Source: Acidobacteriota bacterium (GTDB lineage: Bacteria > Acidobacteriota > Terriglobia > UBA7540). From it: a stretch of 48,055 bases of DNA. Each line of letters begins with the position of its first letter. Positions within the stretch are counted from its first letter, which is position 1. Below are positions 18,619-27,919 of the stretch, in pieces. Made by a program: the position numbers and the translations under genes. The stretch covers positions 1-48,055 of the forward strand of contig JAJYNF010000209.1 of assembly GCA_021786455.1 (NCBI GenBank). The letters are read 5' to 3'. The notes beneath the pieces are model-generated. The model saw only the letters and a program-made list of their open reading frames with translations, was not told the origin of the DNA and ran no database searches.

Positions 18619-19866
18619 ATGCAAGCTCCAGAAATGAAATTCGCCGGCAAATCAGAGCAGGAAACATGGCTCAATCGCACGGTCCTGGGGTTGGGTGTGA
18701 CAAGCTTGCTGGCTGATTTCAGCCACGAGATGGCGACTGCCGTTTTGCCCGGCTTTCTTGCCACTCTCGGCGCTGGCGCCGCGGCCTTGGGGTTGATTGA
18801 GGCTGTTGCCGACGGCCTAATGAGTTTGACTAAGTTTTGGGCAGGCTGGCTTTCAGATCGAATAAATCGCCGCAAGCCATTCGTCGTCGGCGGGTATTTC
18901 CTCACTGGGGGCGCCACCGGTTTGTTGGCTCTCGCCACAGGATGGCCATTCGTGCTTCTCGCGCGAGCGGCTGCGTGGTTCGGACGCGGAGCGCGAGGCC
19001 CGGTTCGGAACAGTATCCTGGCGAGCTCGATCCCTGCGGCGTCATTGGGTAAAGCGTTCGGCTTGGAGCGCGCGGGAGATTCGACCGGGGCTATTTTAGG
19101 CCCTCTCGTGGGCGTGGCGCTACTCGCGCGTCTTCATCACCTGCCATCCTTGAACCCCGCATTCCCGTTCCGAATGGTGTTTGTGGCCGCGCTGATCCCG
19201 GGGCTGGGCGCTGGCATCTCATTCGCCACGCTCGTGCGTGAAACCCCGCGGCAGGCATCGTCGCTTCCTTTTCGGACCGCCGTGGGAAACCTACCCGGCC
19301 CTTTTCGCCGCGCCCTATGGGGCATAGGCGTCTTTGGCATGGGTGATTTCGCGCGGACGTTGATGATTTTGGCGGCAGCCCAGCGTCTCAGCGCAAGCTA
19401 CGGCACGGCACATGCGGCTCAACTGGCGGCATTGCTGTACGTCGCCCATAACGTGGTGTACGCTGGCTTCGCCTATCCCGCCGGCGCGTTGTCGGACCGG
19501 TTTGGGCGAACCTCCATGCTAGCCGCAGGATATCTTTTGGCCGCAATGGCGGCTGCAGGGCTGGCCCTCGCGTTTGCTTGGCGGATCTCCTCAATTCCGG
19601 CGTTTCTGGTGATCTTTGCCCTTGCGGGGGTTGCCGCAGCAACCGGCGAAGCCGTGGAAGGGGCGCTCACGGCGGATTTCGTGACCGCTGAGGCGCGCGG
19701 AACAGCTTACGGCGCGCTCGGCGCCGTCAACGGCGTAGGAGACTTTTTCGCTAGCTTGGTAGTGGGCATCCTGTGGAGCATCGCTTCACCGGTGGTAGCG
19801 TTCGTTTACGCCGCCACAGCGATGATGGCGGGCGCCATCCTCACTTTGAGGCTCAAGCGGCGGTGA
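18619..19866 (+). CDS. MFS transporter
   Basis: It has multiple TM helices. Motif A-like segments GWLSDRINRRKPFVV and GALSDRFGRTSML are present. The internal ATG 18619 is preferred over the non-membrane leader from 18466. Confidence 0.85.
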   Translation: MQAPEMKFAGKSEQETWLNRTVLGLGVTSLLADFSHEMATAVLPGFLATLGAGAAALGLIEAVADGLMSLTKFWAGWLSDRINRRKPFVVGGYFLTGGATGLLALATGWPFVLLARAAAWFGRGARGPVRNSILASSIPAASLGKAFGLERAGDSTGAILGPLVGVALLARLHHLPSLNPAFPFRMVFVAALIPGLGAGISFATLVRETPRQASSLPFRTAVGNLPGPFRRALWGIGVFGMGDFARTLMILAAAQRLSASYGTAHAAQLAALLYVAHNVVYAGFAYPAGALSDRFGRTSMLAAGYLLAAMAAAGLALAFAWRISSIPAFLVIFALAGVAAATGEAVEGALTADFVTAEARGTAYGALGAVNGVGDFFASLVVGILWSIASPVVAFVYAATAMMAGAILTLRLKRR

Positions 19867-19915
19867 TGCCCGGTTTGCCTTCTGCGGGCGATTGGCAGGG
19901 TTAATTTCGGCCTAT

Positions 19916-20818
19916 TCACGTGGCAAGTGAAGTGATCCGAATGGAACCACCGCTGGTGTGCAGCCGCAAGGACGCCCCACCTGATCCCAATAACCCACGC
20001 AGGCTTGAAGGGGAAATCTTTCCCTCCCGGCGCAGCGGCAAGTCGGTTGATACGATGCCCCCGGAGGTCGAGGCGTCCACCTGCAAGTTGACGGTCGGGT
20101 CCAGCGTCACGCGAATCGAACCGCCGGAGGTTTCAAGCAGCCCGCCGGCTGCGTTGCCCCGCGCGAAGGTCGCTTCGATCGGCCCTCCCGAAGTGGTCGC
20201 GTTCACCTGGCCGCTGATTCCGTTAATTCGGATGGGGCCGCCGCTGGTGTGAGCGGTCAGCGAGCCTTCGAGCGAATCCACCCCAATCGGTCCTCCGGAA
20301 GTTTCTGCCTCCGCGTCTCCAGTCACTTCTCGGAGCTTTATGGCGCCCCCGGAGGTGTGGGCCATCACGCGCCCCTTCACGCCTGAGACCTCGATGGATC
20401 CGCCAGAGGTGACCAACGTTTCGTCACCTTGCAAGCTATAAGTTCGAATCGAGCCGCCCCCGGTGCGGATTTCTAAACGAGTCTCGGCGGGCACCTCGAC
20501 GTCAAAGTGGAGACTGGTGTGATTAAACCACCCCTCCCATCCCCGCCGTCGAGCCGTTACCTGAACTCACCCGGGGCTGACCACGTTAGTGATCCCAAAA
20601 AGCTTGTTGATCTGCTCCCGGTTGGAGGTGATTGTAAGGCGAACTCCGCTCGACTGAAACCCGCTCACCGTGACGCTCCCTTGATCGGAGTCAAGGACGA
20701 ATTCACCGCCAGGCGCTAGGCTGAAACTTTTCGTGATCCGTGATTGGGCCCGCGCCATTGCGCCTAAGGTCAGCAGTGCAGCCCCCGTTGCAAGCATCAG
20801 CCGTTGAGTGGTTTTCAT
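19916..20818 (-). pseudogene. DUF4097-like (putative adhesin/beta-helix) gene interrupted by one in-frame TGA
   Basis: Listed ORFs 20567..20818 (signal peptide MKTTQRLMLATGAALLTLGAMARAQS) and 19916..20494 (repeated T/SGG[SP]I rungs) are in the same frame. Only the TGA at 20567..20569 separates them. I translated the 24 intervening codons and found no stop. Confidence 0.7.
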
Positions 20819-20939
20819 GGATTTCTCCTTACCTCAAATAATGGCGGGCGCTGCATTGGGGCACGTTGCCACGCGATTTCCCCTCTTCATGGCCAGCCGT
20901 GCGCTGACCCCCGCCGGCAAATGCGGCGCGACGGGCGAT

Positions 20940-21653
20940 TCAATCTCCGCTATAAATAAACACGCCGCCCATCCTTACGTAAATTCTTACGATTTGCCGG
21001 CCGCCCGGGTTCCAGAAAGCTGTTTTTTGATTAAAGCCCGAACCTGCGGTTCCGTCCAAATCGCTTTGGATGGTTCCGAACAGCGTGTGGGCGTAGAGCG
21101 AGCGAACCATGCACGAAGATGGCAAATCATCCTCAACGTCGCCATAGTTTACCAAGACGGTCTGATTGCCTCTGAGGCCACGCAATGTCACATCGCCGTC
21201 CACGACGTGAAGGGCGAGCGCGGCGTCAGAGGGCATGTGGATGTGAAAATTGACCGTCAGCTTCGACTCGTCCCGGAACGGTCGCCACGGCCGGCGCGGG
21301 GGGTAAAGCGTCCACAGCCGAACCTGCGTATCAGCTCCGGCTAACATCACTTTAACGCGCCGAGAGAGCTGTGTTGCCTTCCTGGCCGAACCGACGTGAA
21401 TCACCTTTCTGGCCCGAATGACCACGTGTGGATGGTCCCAGCCGATGATGGTGATGTCTCCGGTGCGCGTGGTGACGGTCAGCGTGCCCATGGAAAAAAG
21501 GCGAACGCGGTAACGGGCCGCCTTGCCGAATTCATCCGCCCGCACCGTGCAGAACGGAATAAAAAGTAGCGCACAAGTTAGAACTGCGCGAGCGCGCGCC
21601 GCCCATCGGGTAGCGACACGCCGCCACCTGGTTTTCCATTGACCTCGCGCCAT
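20940..21653 (-). CDS. DUF4097-like beta-helix protein (second, divergent copy)
   Basis: 237 aa. It has an N-terminal anchor AVLTCALLFIPFCTV. It also has segments such as TGDITIIGW, VNFHIHMPSD and DGDVTLRGL typical of the family. It lies in tandem with the interrupted copy. Confidence 0.65.
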   Translation of the reverse strand: MARGQWKTRWRRVATRWAARARAVLTCALLFIPFCTVRADEFGKAARYRVRLFSMGTLTVTTRTGDITIIGWDHPHVVIRARKVIHVGSARKATQLSRRVKVMLAGADTQVRLWTLYPPRRPWRPFRDESKLTVNFHIHMPSDAALALHVVDGDVTLRGLRGNQTVLVNYGDVEDDLPSSCMVRSLYAHTLFGTIQSDLDGTAGSGFNQKTAFWNPGGRQIVRIYVRMGGVFIYSGD

Positions 21654-21776
21654 GCTATCAGTTTCTCGCGGACCCGACCCGCGATCAAATACTTTCCAGC
21701 TTCACTTTTCCGCCAAGGCTCACCTCCGCAGGCAGGGTTAACATCCCCCTCGCGCTCCATCAAAAATGAAACTTGG

Positions 21777-22679
21777 CTATTGAGATTTGTCTAAAACGTG
21801 GCGCAAGGCGGGTTCGAGATCCGAGAACTCGAAGCGAAAGCCGGCGGCGGTCAAGCGCGCGGGCTGCGCTCGCTGGCTCGCCAGCAGAAGCTCCTGGCCC
21901 ATTTCACCGAACATCAGGCGAACCGCCTCGGCCGGCAGAGGCAGAATTGCCGGGCGGCGGAGGACGTTGCCAAGCGTCCGCGCGAATTGAGTGTTGGTAA
22001 CAGGATTCGGCGTCACGGCGTTGACGGGGCCGCGAAGTGAATTTTCAGTCAGCGCAAATATAATGATGCGAACCAGATCGTCTAGCGTGATCCAGCTCAT
22101 ATATTGACGACCGCCCGCGATGGGGCCGCCCAGGCCTAGGCGAAACGGCGTTAACATGCGCGCCAGCGCGCCTCCTTCGCGGCTGAGCACCATACCTACG
22201 CGCAAGTTGACAACGCGGAGGCCGCCCGAAGCGGCCGGCTCGGTGGCGGATTCCCATTCGCCGCAAACCTCCGCCAGAAAGCCCGAGCCGGGCGGGCTGG
22301 CCTCGGTCAAGAGCTCATCGCCGCGGTCACCGTAATAGCCGACTGCCGAGGCGGCAATTAAGGCGCGCGGGGGAATGGTGGCAGCAGCCAGCGCCCGCGA
22401 CAATAATGCCGTGCCGGTGACACGGCTGGCGCGGATGCGAACCTTCTGGCTTTCCGTCCAACGACTGCCCACGTTTTCTCCCGCCAAGTGGACGACGGCG
22501 TCAAATTCCTGCAAAGCATCCGAGTCAGGCCCAGCGGCTGGAGGGTCCCAAACGACGGCTTCCTCGCCCGATCCGAGGGGGCGGCGAACGAGCCGCGACA
22601 CGTGGTGACCCGCGGCTTCCAAAGCTGGCACGAGTGCCCGGCCAATCAGTCCCGTCGAGCCTGAAACCAGAATTTGCAG
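21777..22679 (-). CDS. YfcH-like NAD-dependent epimerase/dehydratase (TIGR01777-type, DUF1731 C-terminus)
   Basis: The listed ORF starts at GTG 22631, which lies after the Rossmann motif. The in-frame upstream sequence reads LQILVSGSTGLIGRALV. I therefore propose a CTG start at 22679..22677, with GGGAGGG 7 nt upstream. Confidence 0.8.
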   Translation of the reverse strand: MQILVSGSTGLIGRALVPALEAAGHHVSRLVRRPLGSGEEAVVWDPPAAGPDSDALQEFDAVVHLAGENVGSRWTESQKVRIRASRVTGTALLSRALAAATIPPRALIAASAVGYYGDRGDELLTEASPPGSGFLAEVCGEWESATEPAASGGLRVVNLRVGMVLSREGGALARMLTPFRLGLGGPIAGGRQYMSWITLDDLVRIIIFALTENSLRGPVNAVTPNPVTNTQFARTLGNVLRRPAILPLPAEAVRLMFGEMGQELLLASQRAQPARLTAAGFRFEFSDLEPALRHVLDKSQ

Positions 22680-22819
22680 AGTCTTCCCTCCCAGCGTCGG
22701 GCGGCTGATAGAATGCGCCTCACGACCCGCGCGGTAGCTTGGCTTCGTAGCTTATCACAAGGCGCGCCGGATAGCAGAAGTCGAGCGCATTAGACCCTCG
22801 AAGTCTATACTGGCTGGGC

Positions 22820-23188
22820 ATGAAACGCATTGTCGTGGCGGGTAAAGAGTGGCGCCTGCGGACACTCCTCCGCGCGCAACTGATTGAGGAGGGCTTTGAG
22901 GTGGAAGCCCATGAGACTGTGGAGAACGCGGCTCGAAGCCTCGCGCGCTCGCGCAATCTGCCACTTCTTGTGGTGGCAGACCTTTCTGAAAGCGAACAAC
23001 CGTTGGTGGACCTCGGCCCACTAAGTGCCTGGGCAAAACTTGTGCCCGTGTGGTTGCTGGCCAGTCGAACGACGCTCGCGGAAGACGCAACGCAAAATCG
23101 CGGTTTTGAAAAGATTTTCTTCCGTCCGATTGACCTTCGCGCGTTGGTGCTAATGATTGGCGAAAGGAGCGAAAGCTCACCGCGCTAA
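22820..23188 (+). CDS. stand-alone degenerate receiver (CheY-like) domain protein
   Basis: 122 aa with an alternating beta/alpha pattern. The phospho-Asp position is kept (LLVVADLS) and the Ser/Thr position is kept (LLAS). The N-terminal acidic pair is replaced (VVAGKE) and the conserved Lys is replaced (FFRP). Confidence 0.5.
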   Translation: MKRIVVAGKEWRLRTLLRAQLIEEGFEVEAHETVENAARSLARSRNLPLLVVADLSESEQPLVDLGPLSAWAKLVPVWLLASRTTLAEDATQNRGFEKIFFRPIDLRALVLMIGERSESSPR

Positions 23189-24267
23189 ACCGCCGGTTGC
23201 TGCTGCGTCATACAGTGGAGGGTTCCAAGTCCCCAGACGAGATCGAGTGAGTGAATACCGACGACGGGCCGGTCAGGGAAAAGTTCCGCGAGGATACCGA
23301 GCGCGAGCCGGTCTTTGGCGTCGTTGAATGTGGGAACTAAAACGGCGGCGTTGGCAATGTAGAAGTTCGCGTAGCTTGCCGGCAGGCGGCGGCCTCCAAA
23401 ATAAATCGGCTCCGGCATGGGCAAACGCGCGACTTCAAGCCGCGAGCCATCCTCGAGGCGCATGCCTTCGAGGCGTTCTCGGTTCTCTTCGAGCGGACGG
23501 TAGTTTATGTCACGGGGATTGGTTTCCTGGCAAAGGACGGCCGCGCGCGGGCCGGTGAAGCGGCAGAAGTCATCCACATGTCCGTGCGTATCATCGCCGG
23601 CGATGCCGCGGCCGAGCCACAGCACGTTTTTTACGCCGAGGAACTCCTGGAAGATGCTTACCATTTCGGCCCGGTTGATCCCCGAGTTGCGAGCCTGGAC
23701 CGCCGGATCAAGCAGGCATTCCTCGGTGGCAATGAGCGAGCCGCGACCGTTCACGTCAATCGCGCCGCCTTCAAGGACAATCCGGCGGCCCTTGTAACGT
23801 GCCACAAAAAGGCGTTGGCCTAGGGCTCGCGCTCCTCGCTCGGCCACCCGGTCATCGAGTTGCCAGTCGGGATATTTTGCCCATGCATTGAAACGAAAAC
23901 GAACGATAGCCACTTCGCCGGGCCGATGCCCGGCGCCCGATGGCCGGCGGACGAACATCGGACCGTAATCGCGTGTCCAGCCGCGATTGGTCGCAATGCG
24001 GAGAAATTCGACTTGAGTGAAGTCCACGCCGACGCGCTCTAACAGGCGCCGCGCGCGAGATTGGTGCGTGGCGGAATTCACCAGGATGCGCGCCTTCTCG
24101 CCCGACGTCAGCTTGCGAACGATATCCGCATAAACCCACGGGATCGGCCCAAACCGGCCGGGCCAATCGGTCCGGTTGTGGGGCCACGCCACCCAGGTCG
24201 CTTCGTGAGGTTCGGATTCAGCAGGTAGGCGAAAGCCCAAGGATGCTGGCGTTTGGGGCAAACTCAC
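23185..24267 (-). CDS. aguA: agmatine deiminase
   Basis: Diagnostic blocks are PAESEPHEATWVAWPHNRTDWPG, GGAIDVNGRGSLIATEECLL, DTHGHVDDFCRF and the C-terminal GTLHCMTQQQP. The GTG start overlaps the aguB stop (GTGA). Confidence 0.9.
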   Translation of the reverse strand: MSLPQTPASLGFRLPAESEPHEATWVAWPHNRTDWPGRFGPIPWVYADIVRKLTSGEKARILVNSATHQSRARRLLERVGVDFTQVEFLRIATNRGWTRDYGPMFVRRPSGAGHRPGEVAIVRFRFNAWAKYPDWQLDDRVAERGARALGQRLFVARYKGRRIVLEGGAIDVNGRGSLIATEECLLDPAVQARNSGINRAEMVSIFQEFLGVKNVLWLGRGIAGDDTHGHVDDFCRFTGPRAAVLCQETNPRDINYRPLEENRERLEGMRLEDGSRLEVARLPMPEPIYFGGRRLPASYANFYIANAAVLVPTFNDAKDRLALGILAELFPDRPVVGIHSLDLVWGLGTLHCMTQQQPAV

Positions 24268-25199
24268 GGCTTTTTCCCCGGCACCCTAGGCATATCGGCC
24301 CAGCGGCGAGCGAGCCCCGCATAAGCGTCAATACGTCGGTCGCGTAGAAACGGCCAATTGCGGCGAACGTCTTCGACACGATCGAGGTTCACTTCGCCGA
24401 TGAGGATTTCTTCGCGGTCGGCCGAGGCTTCGGTCATGACCACACCTTGCGGGTCGGCGATGAAGGAGGATCCCCAAAACTCGATGCCCGCTTCTGAGCG
24501 ACTTGATTTTTCCAATCCAACCCGGTTCACCACCGCGACGTAAACCCCGTTGGCGATGGCGTGGCCGCGCTGGACAGTCCGCCAAGCGTCCCGCTGCGCT
24601 TTTCCGAAAGAGCGTTTTTCACGCGGATGCCAACCGATCGCGGTGGGATAAAAGATGACGCTTGCCCCTTCAAGCGCCACCAGGCGCGCGGCTTCTGGAT
24701 ACCACTGGTCCCAGCAGATCAACGGAGCAATGCGGCCTACGGAAGTGTCAAACGCATGGAAGCCGAGATCGCCGGGGGTGAAGTAGAACTTTTCGTAGTA
24801 GCCAGGGTCGTCCGGAATGTGCATCTTGCGGTAGAGTCCGGCTAGCTTACCGGTGGAATCAATCACCACGGCGCTGTTGTGATAGACGCCGGGCGCGCGA
24901 CGCTCGAAGACAGGCGCAATCACCACGGCGCGGGCCATGCGCGCGGCGCGCGAAAGGGCTTGGGTCGAGGGGCCGGGCACCGGCTCGGCCAAGTCAAAAA
25001 GCGCGACGTCTTCGCGCTGGCAGAAATAGGGCCAACGAAAGAGCTCCGGCAGGCAGACGACGCGAGCGCCCTGGCCCGCCGCTTGAGCGACACGTTCGGA
25101 CGCCTTCTGCAAGTTGGCCCTCGGGTCAGCGCCACAGGCCATCTGTACCAGCGCTATCTTGAATTTTCTCCTATGACGCATTGAGCGAAAAGCATACAC
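24264..25199 (-). CDS. aguB: N-carbamoylputrescine amidase (CN-hydrolase)
   Basis: Diagnostic blocks are KIALVQM, CLPELF, YRKMHIPDDPGYYEKFYFTPGD and LICWDQWYPEAAR (catalytic Cys). It is coupled to aguA. Confidence 0.9.
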   Translation of the reverse strand: MYAFRSMRHRRKFKIALVQMACGADPRANLQKASERVAQAAGQGARVVCLPELFRWPYFCQREDVALFDLAEPVPGPSTQALSRAARMARAVVIAPVFERRAPGVYHNSAVVIDSTGKLAGLYRKMHIPDDPGYYEKFYFTPGDLGFHAFDTSVGRIAPLICWDQWYPEAARLVALEGASVIFYPTAIGWHPREKRSFGKAQRDAWRTVQRGHAIANGVYVAVVNRVGLEKSSRSEAGIEFWGSSFIADPQGVVMTEASADREEILIGEVNLDRVEDVRRNWPFLRDRRIDAYAGLARRWADMPRVPGKKP

Positions 25200-25399
25200 G
25201 ACTCCGGGATAACCGCCAAGACCACGCTGCTATCTCCCGCTTCACGGTCGAGAGTGGAGAAACCTTCCAATACCGGAGTGGATCGCCATGGTAAACACAA
25301 AGCCGTATCGCGTCACGCTTGGGTTCACCGCTTTGTCCGAGATACGAAGGTTTCTGATGTTTTCTGTGCCAGGCCATTGTAAGATTTTCTCCAAGAGGC

Positions 25400-25476
<77 letters not shown>

Positions 25477-25491
25477 AGAACCTCCGGCATG

Positions 25492-25899
25492 TCAGTAAGT
25501 TCCACCTCCTGCCTTGGGAAGACTTCTTCGGCTCTTTGGTCTCACGAATCTTCCCCGAACAAAGTTTCTTCTCGCGAGGATGAAACGGTTGGCATCATCT
25601 TCGCTCTCTCCAAATTGAATGTCGTCCCACTCCAAGGCGAGCAATTCTCCCAGGCGCATCCCGGTACGGAGGGCCGCGAGGAAGAACGGATACCGATGAG
25701 GCCGTTGCGCCTCTGCCGCATCGAGAAATGCCGTCGCTTCAGTTTGAGTCAGGAATTCCGGCTTACGCCTCCGCGCACCCGCCAGGAAGAACTTTCCGAG
25801 TCGGGTGGCCGGATTGCTCGGAAGAACTTCATCTTCGACGCCGTGACTCAGAACTGCCCGGAGCGTGGCCACAAAGGAAAAATTCTTGACACCGTAACT
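25492..25899 (-). pseudogene. tyrosine recombinase (phage-type integrase) remnant, truncated at both ends
   Basis: Only the central part survives (…LSHGVEDEVLPSNPA…LTQTEATAFLDAA…FFLAALRTGMRLGELLALEWDDI…). The downstream HxxR and catalytic Tyr regions are missing, as is the N-terminal domain. The remnant ends 16 nt from the tRNA 3' end. Confidence 0.75.
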
Positions 25900-25914
25900 C
25901 TACATAGATAGAGT
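25886..25914 (+). promoter_or_regulatory. candidate padR promoter (TTGACA-17 nt-TAGAGT) with overlapping palindrome CTCTA-N6-TAGAG
   Basis: The -35 is at 25886..25891 and the -10 at 25909..25914. The padR ATG at 25923 sits 8 nt after the -10, which implies a leaderless mRNA. An inverted repeat spans 25898..25913. Confidence 0.4.
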
Positions 25915-25922
25915 CATTACCC

Positions 25923-26240
25923 ATGACCATTCGCCTTCGCCGTTCGCCACAGACCTCGCGCGTGCTCGAGCAATTCCTGGAGGCTCCGCTCGAATGGCGC
26001 TACGGCTACGACTTGAGCCGGGAAACCGGACTCAAATCGGGCACGCTTTATCCCATTCTGATCAGGCTTTCGCGGCGGGGTTTTCTAGAGACAAGTTGGA
26101 AGGCGACGGAGCCGGGAACTCCCCCCCGCCATCTTTATCGCCTCACAGCGCGCGGGCTGGAAATGGCCAAAGCTCAACGCCAAATAAATCCGGCCCGCCG
26201 TCAGGCACTCGGCGCCGTTCCCGCCGGGGGTGAGCCGTGA
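25923..26240 (+). CDS. PadR family transcriptional regulator
   Basis: The segment GYDLSRETGLKSGTLYPILIRLSRRGFLETSW...PPRHLYRLTARG is the PadR winged-helix signature. Confidence 0.9.
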   Translation: MTIRLRRSPQTSRVLEQFLEAPLEWRYGYDLSRETGLKSGTLYPILIRLSRRGFLETSWKATEPGTPPRHLYRLTARGLEMAKAQRQINPARRQALGAVPAGGEP

Positions 26241-27919
26241 TGGATCGCAACAGGCGCCGCTGGCTGGCGCACTGGCTGATTCATTTTTCGTTACGCTTCT
26301 CCCCTGTCGAGGCGCGGGACTGGGGCCGAGCGATGCTGGCTGAATTGGAGTTCGTCAAAACCTCATGGGCGGCCCTCGCCTGGGGCGCCGGCGGAGCGAC
26401 CGTCCTGTGGCGCCAAGCTTTCTTCTCGCTTTTCAGAGGCTCTCGCGGCGCGGCCCATGGGCCTTCCGGCGCGTTCATTCCCGCTAAGGAGATGCCGATG
26501 CGGAAATCAGTATTTATCGCTGCCGCTGCTTGCGTCATCGCGTCGCTGGCGTTTTTTCTTGCGCCGTCGTTCAACCAAGCACTTCGCCTTTCCCTGCAAA
26601 GCTGGGGCGCCATTTTCCGCCCAAACGCGCCATTTCAATCTGGCTTGAGCGGACTCGCCGCGCGGGCTGAAAAACAGCACGATGCCAACCTGCTTGCTTT
26701 CACAGCGCTTCGCATAGCTCCTTACGGGTCTTTTCGGAATACTTCGCCCCTTCGCGCGAAGTCGCTGCGGCTGGCCGATGAGGCCGTCCGACTCGATCCG
26801 CGACTGACCTGGATTTATGCTGACATCGTAGCCAGGAACCCTGACGCTCCCGAGTCCAAGGATTTGATCAAACGCCTTCGTCAGTGGGACCCGGGCAACG
26901 CCCTGCCGGATTTGCTCTTGGCCGAGTGTCAGGAGGCCCTTCTGGCGCGGCAGCACAGTTACCGCTTGCCGCCGGGCGCGCTGGTTCAGGACTCAAAGTG
27001 GCTTGCCGCAATGGGGGCCGCTTTTAGCGCCAAAAAGTACGATTCGTATTTTAACCAGCGCCTCGCTTTGGCGCAGGACGTGGCGCGCAGCGGTGAAGTT
27101 AGCGATCCGCTTCTGCTGGCATGGGCCGTTCTGAGTTCTCCCATTCCCGACCTCGAGAATATCAACGACTACAGCCTCTACCTCATCGAATCGGGCCAGC
27201 CGCTTGAGGCTGAAGGAAAACTGAAAGCCGCTTCGCAACAATACTGGCAGGTTGCCAGGTTTGGCCAAATCATGCGGCTGGGCGCGGAAAGCGAGATTGA
27301 ACGATGGACGGCCCTGGCTCTTCAAAAGAAAGGCTACGAACCATTGAGAAGCTTGGAGAGCCGGAAAGGCAACACGAGCGAGGCAAGTCTTTTGGGGTAC
27401 CAGCTTCAGTCGCTGGCGCGCGAGAGCCAAGACTTCGCCACGCATGACAGCGAGCGCGTGAACTGGTTGCGGACCGCCGTATGGATCGCCGATTATATTC
27501 AGCTTTCCGCGCTGGGCTTGCTGCTGTCGGCGCTGGTGCTGGTCATCTCGGGCGTTTATTGGCTCGCTCAGCTCGGGCGACGGCTTGATACAACCGGCCG
27601 CCTAAAGCTGTTGTTCATCTGGCTGGGAGTCATCGGCGCCGCCGGCATGTTGCTGTCGTCAGTGGAGCTTTATTTTACTTACCGTCCGTATGCCGCGATG
27701 CTGAATCAGTTCGTGAAGCTGAAGGGCGCGGCGGCTTATTTCTCCGCGAATGCGTTTTTGGCATTCGCCTATCCCGGGATGGTGGACCGGAACGCGCTTT
27801 TTTCCGGACTTTGGAAGGTCTATTTCTGGTACGGCGTCATTTCTCTTTGCGCGATAGCGCTTGTGGCGATTCTGGCGCGCCACGTCATCAAGCCGTTGCG
27901 GCCGAAGCTGGCCGGTTGA
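26237..27919 (+). CDS. PadR-associated membrane protein of unknown function
   Basis: 560 aa. The start overlaps the padR stop (GTGATG). It has an N-terminal cytoplasmic helix region, a TM helix, a helical-repeat-like middle (roughly 200-400 aa) and several C-terminal TM helices. Confidence 0.7.
   Translation: MMDRNRRRWLAHWLIHFSLRFSPVEARDWGRAMLAELEFVKTSWAALAWGAGGATVLWRQAFFSLFRGSRGAAHGPSGAFIPAKEMPMRKSVFIAAAACVIASLAFFLAPSFNQALRLSLQSWGAIFRPNAPFQSGLSGLAARAEKQHDANLLAFTALRIAPYGSFRNTSPLRAKSLRLADEAVRLDPRLTWIYADIVARNPDAPESKDLIKRLRQWDPGNALPDLLLAECQEALLARQHSYRLPPGALVQDSKWLAAMGAAFSAKKYDSYFNQRLALAQDVARSGEVSDPLLLAWAVLSSPIPDLENINDYSLYLIESGQPLEAEGKLKAASQQYWQVARFGQIMRLGAESEIERWTALALQKKGYEPLRSLESRKGNTSEASLLGYQLQSLARESQDFATHDSERVNWLRTAVWIADYIQLSALGLLLSALVLVISGVYWLAQLGRRLDTTGRLKLLFIWLGVIGAAGMLLSSVELYFTYRPYAAMLNQFVKLKGAAAYFSANAFLAFAYPGMVDRNALFSGLWKVYFWYGVISLCAIALVAILARHVIKPLRPKLAG

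Noticed and set aside
20567-20569. Selenocysteine recoding of the in-frame TGA in the DUF4097-like gene
   Set aside because: I could not fold a convincing SECIS-like hairpin in the 40 nt after the TGA. No sel genes are in the window, and this family is not known as a selenoprotein. It is kept only as a remote alternative in the finding.
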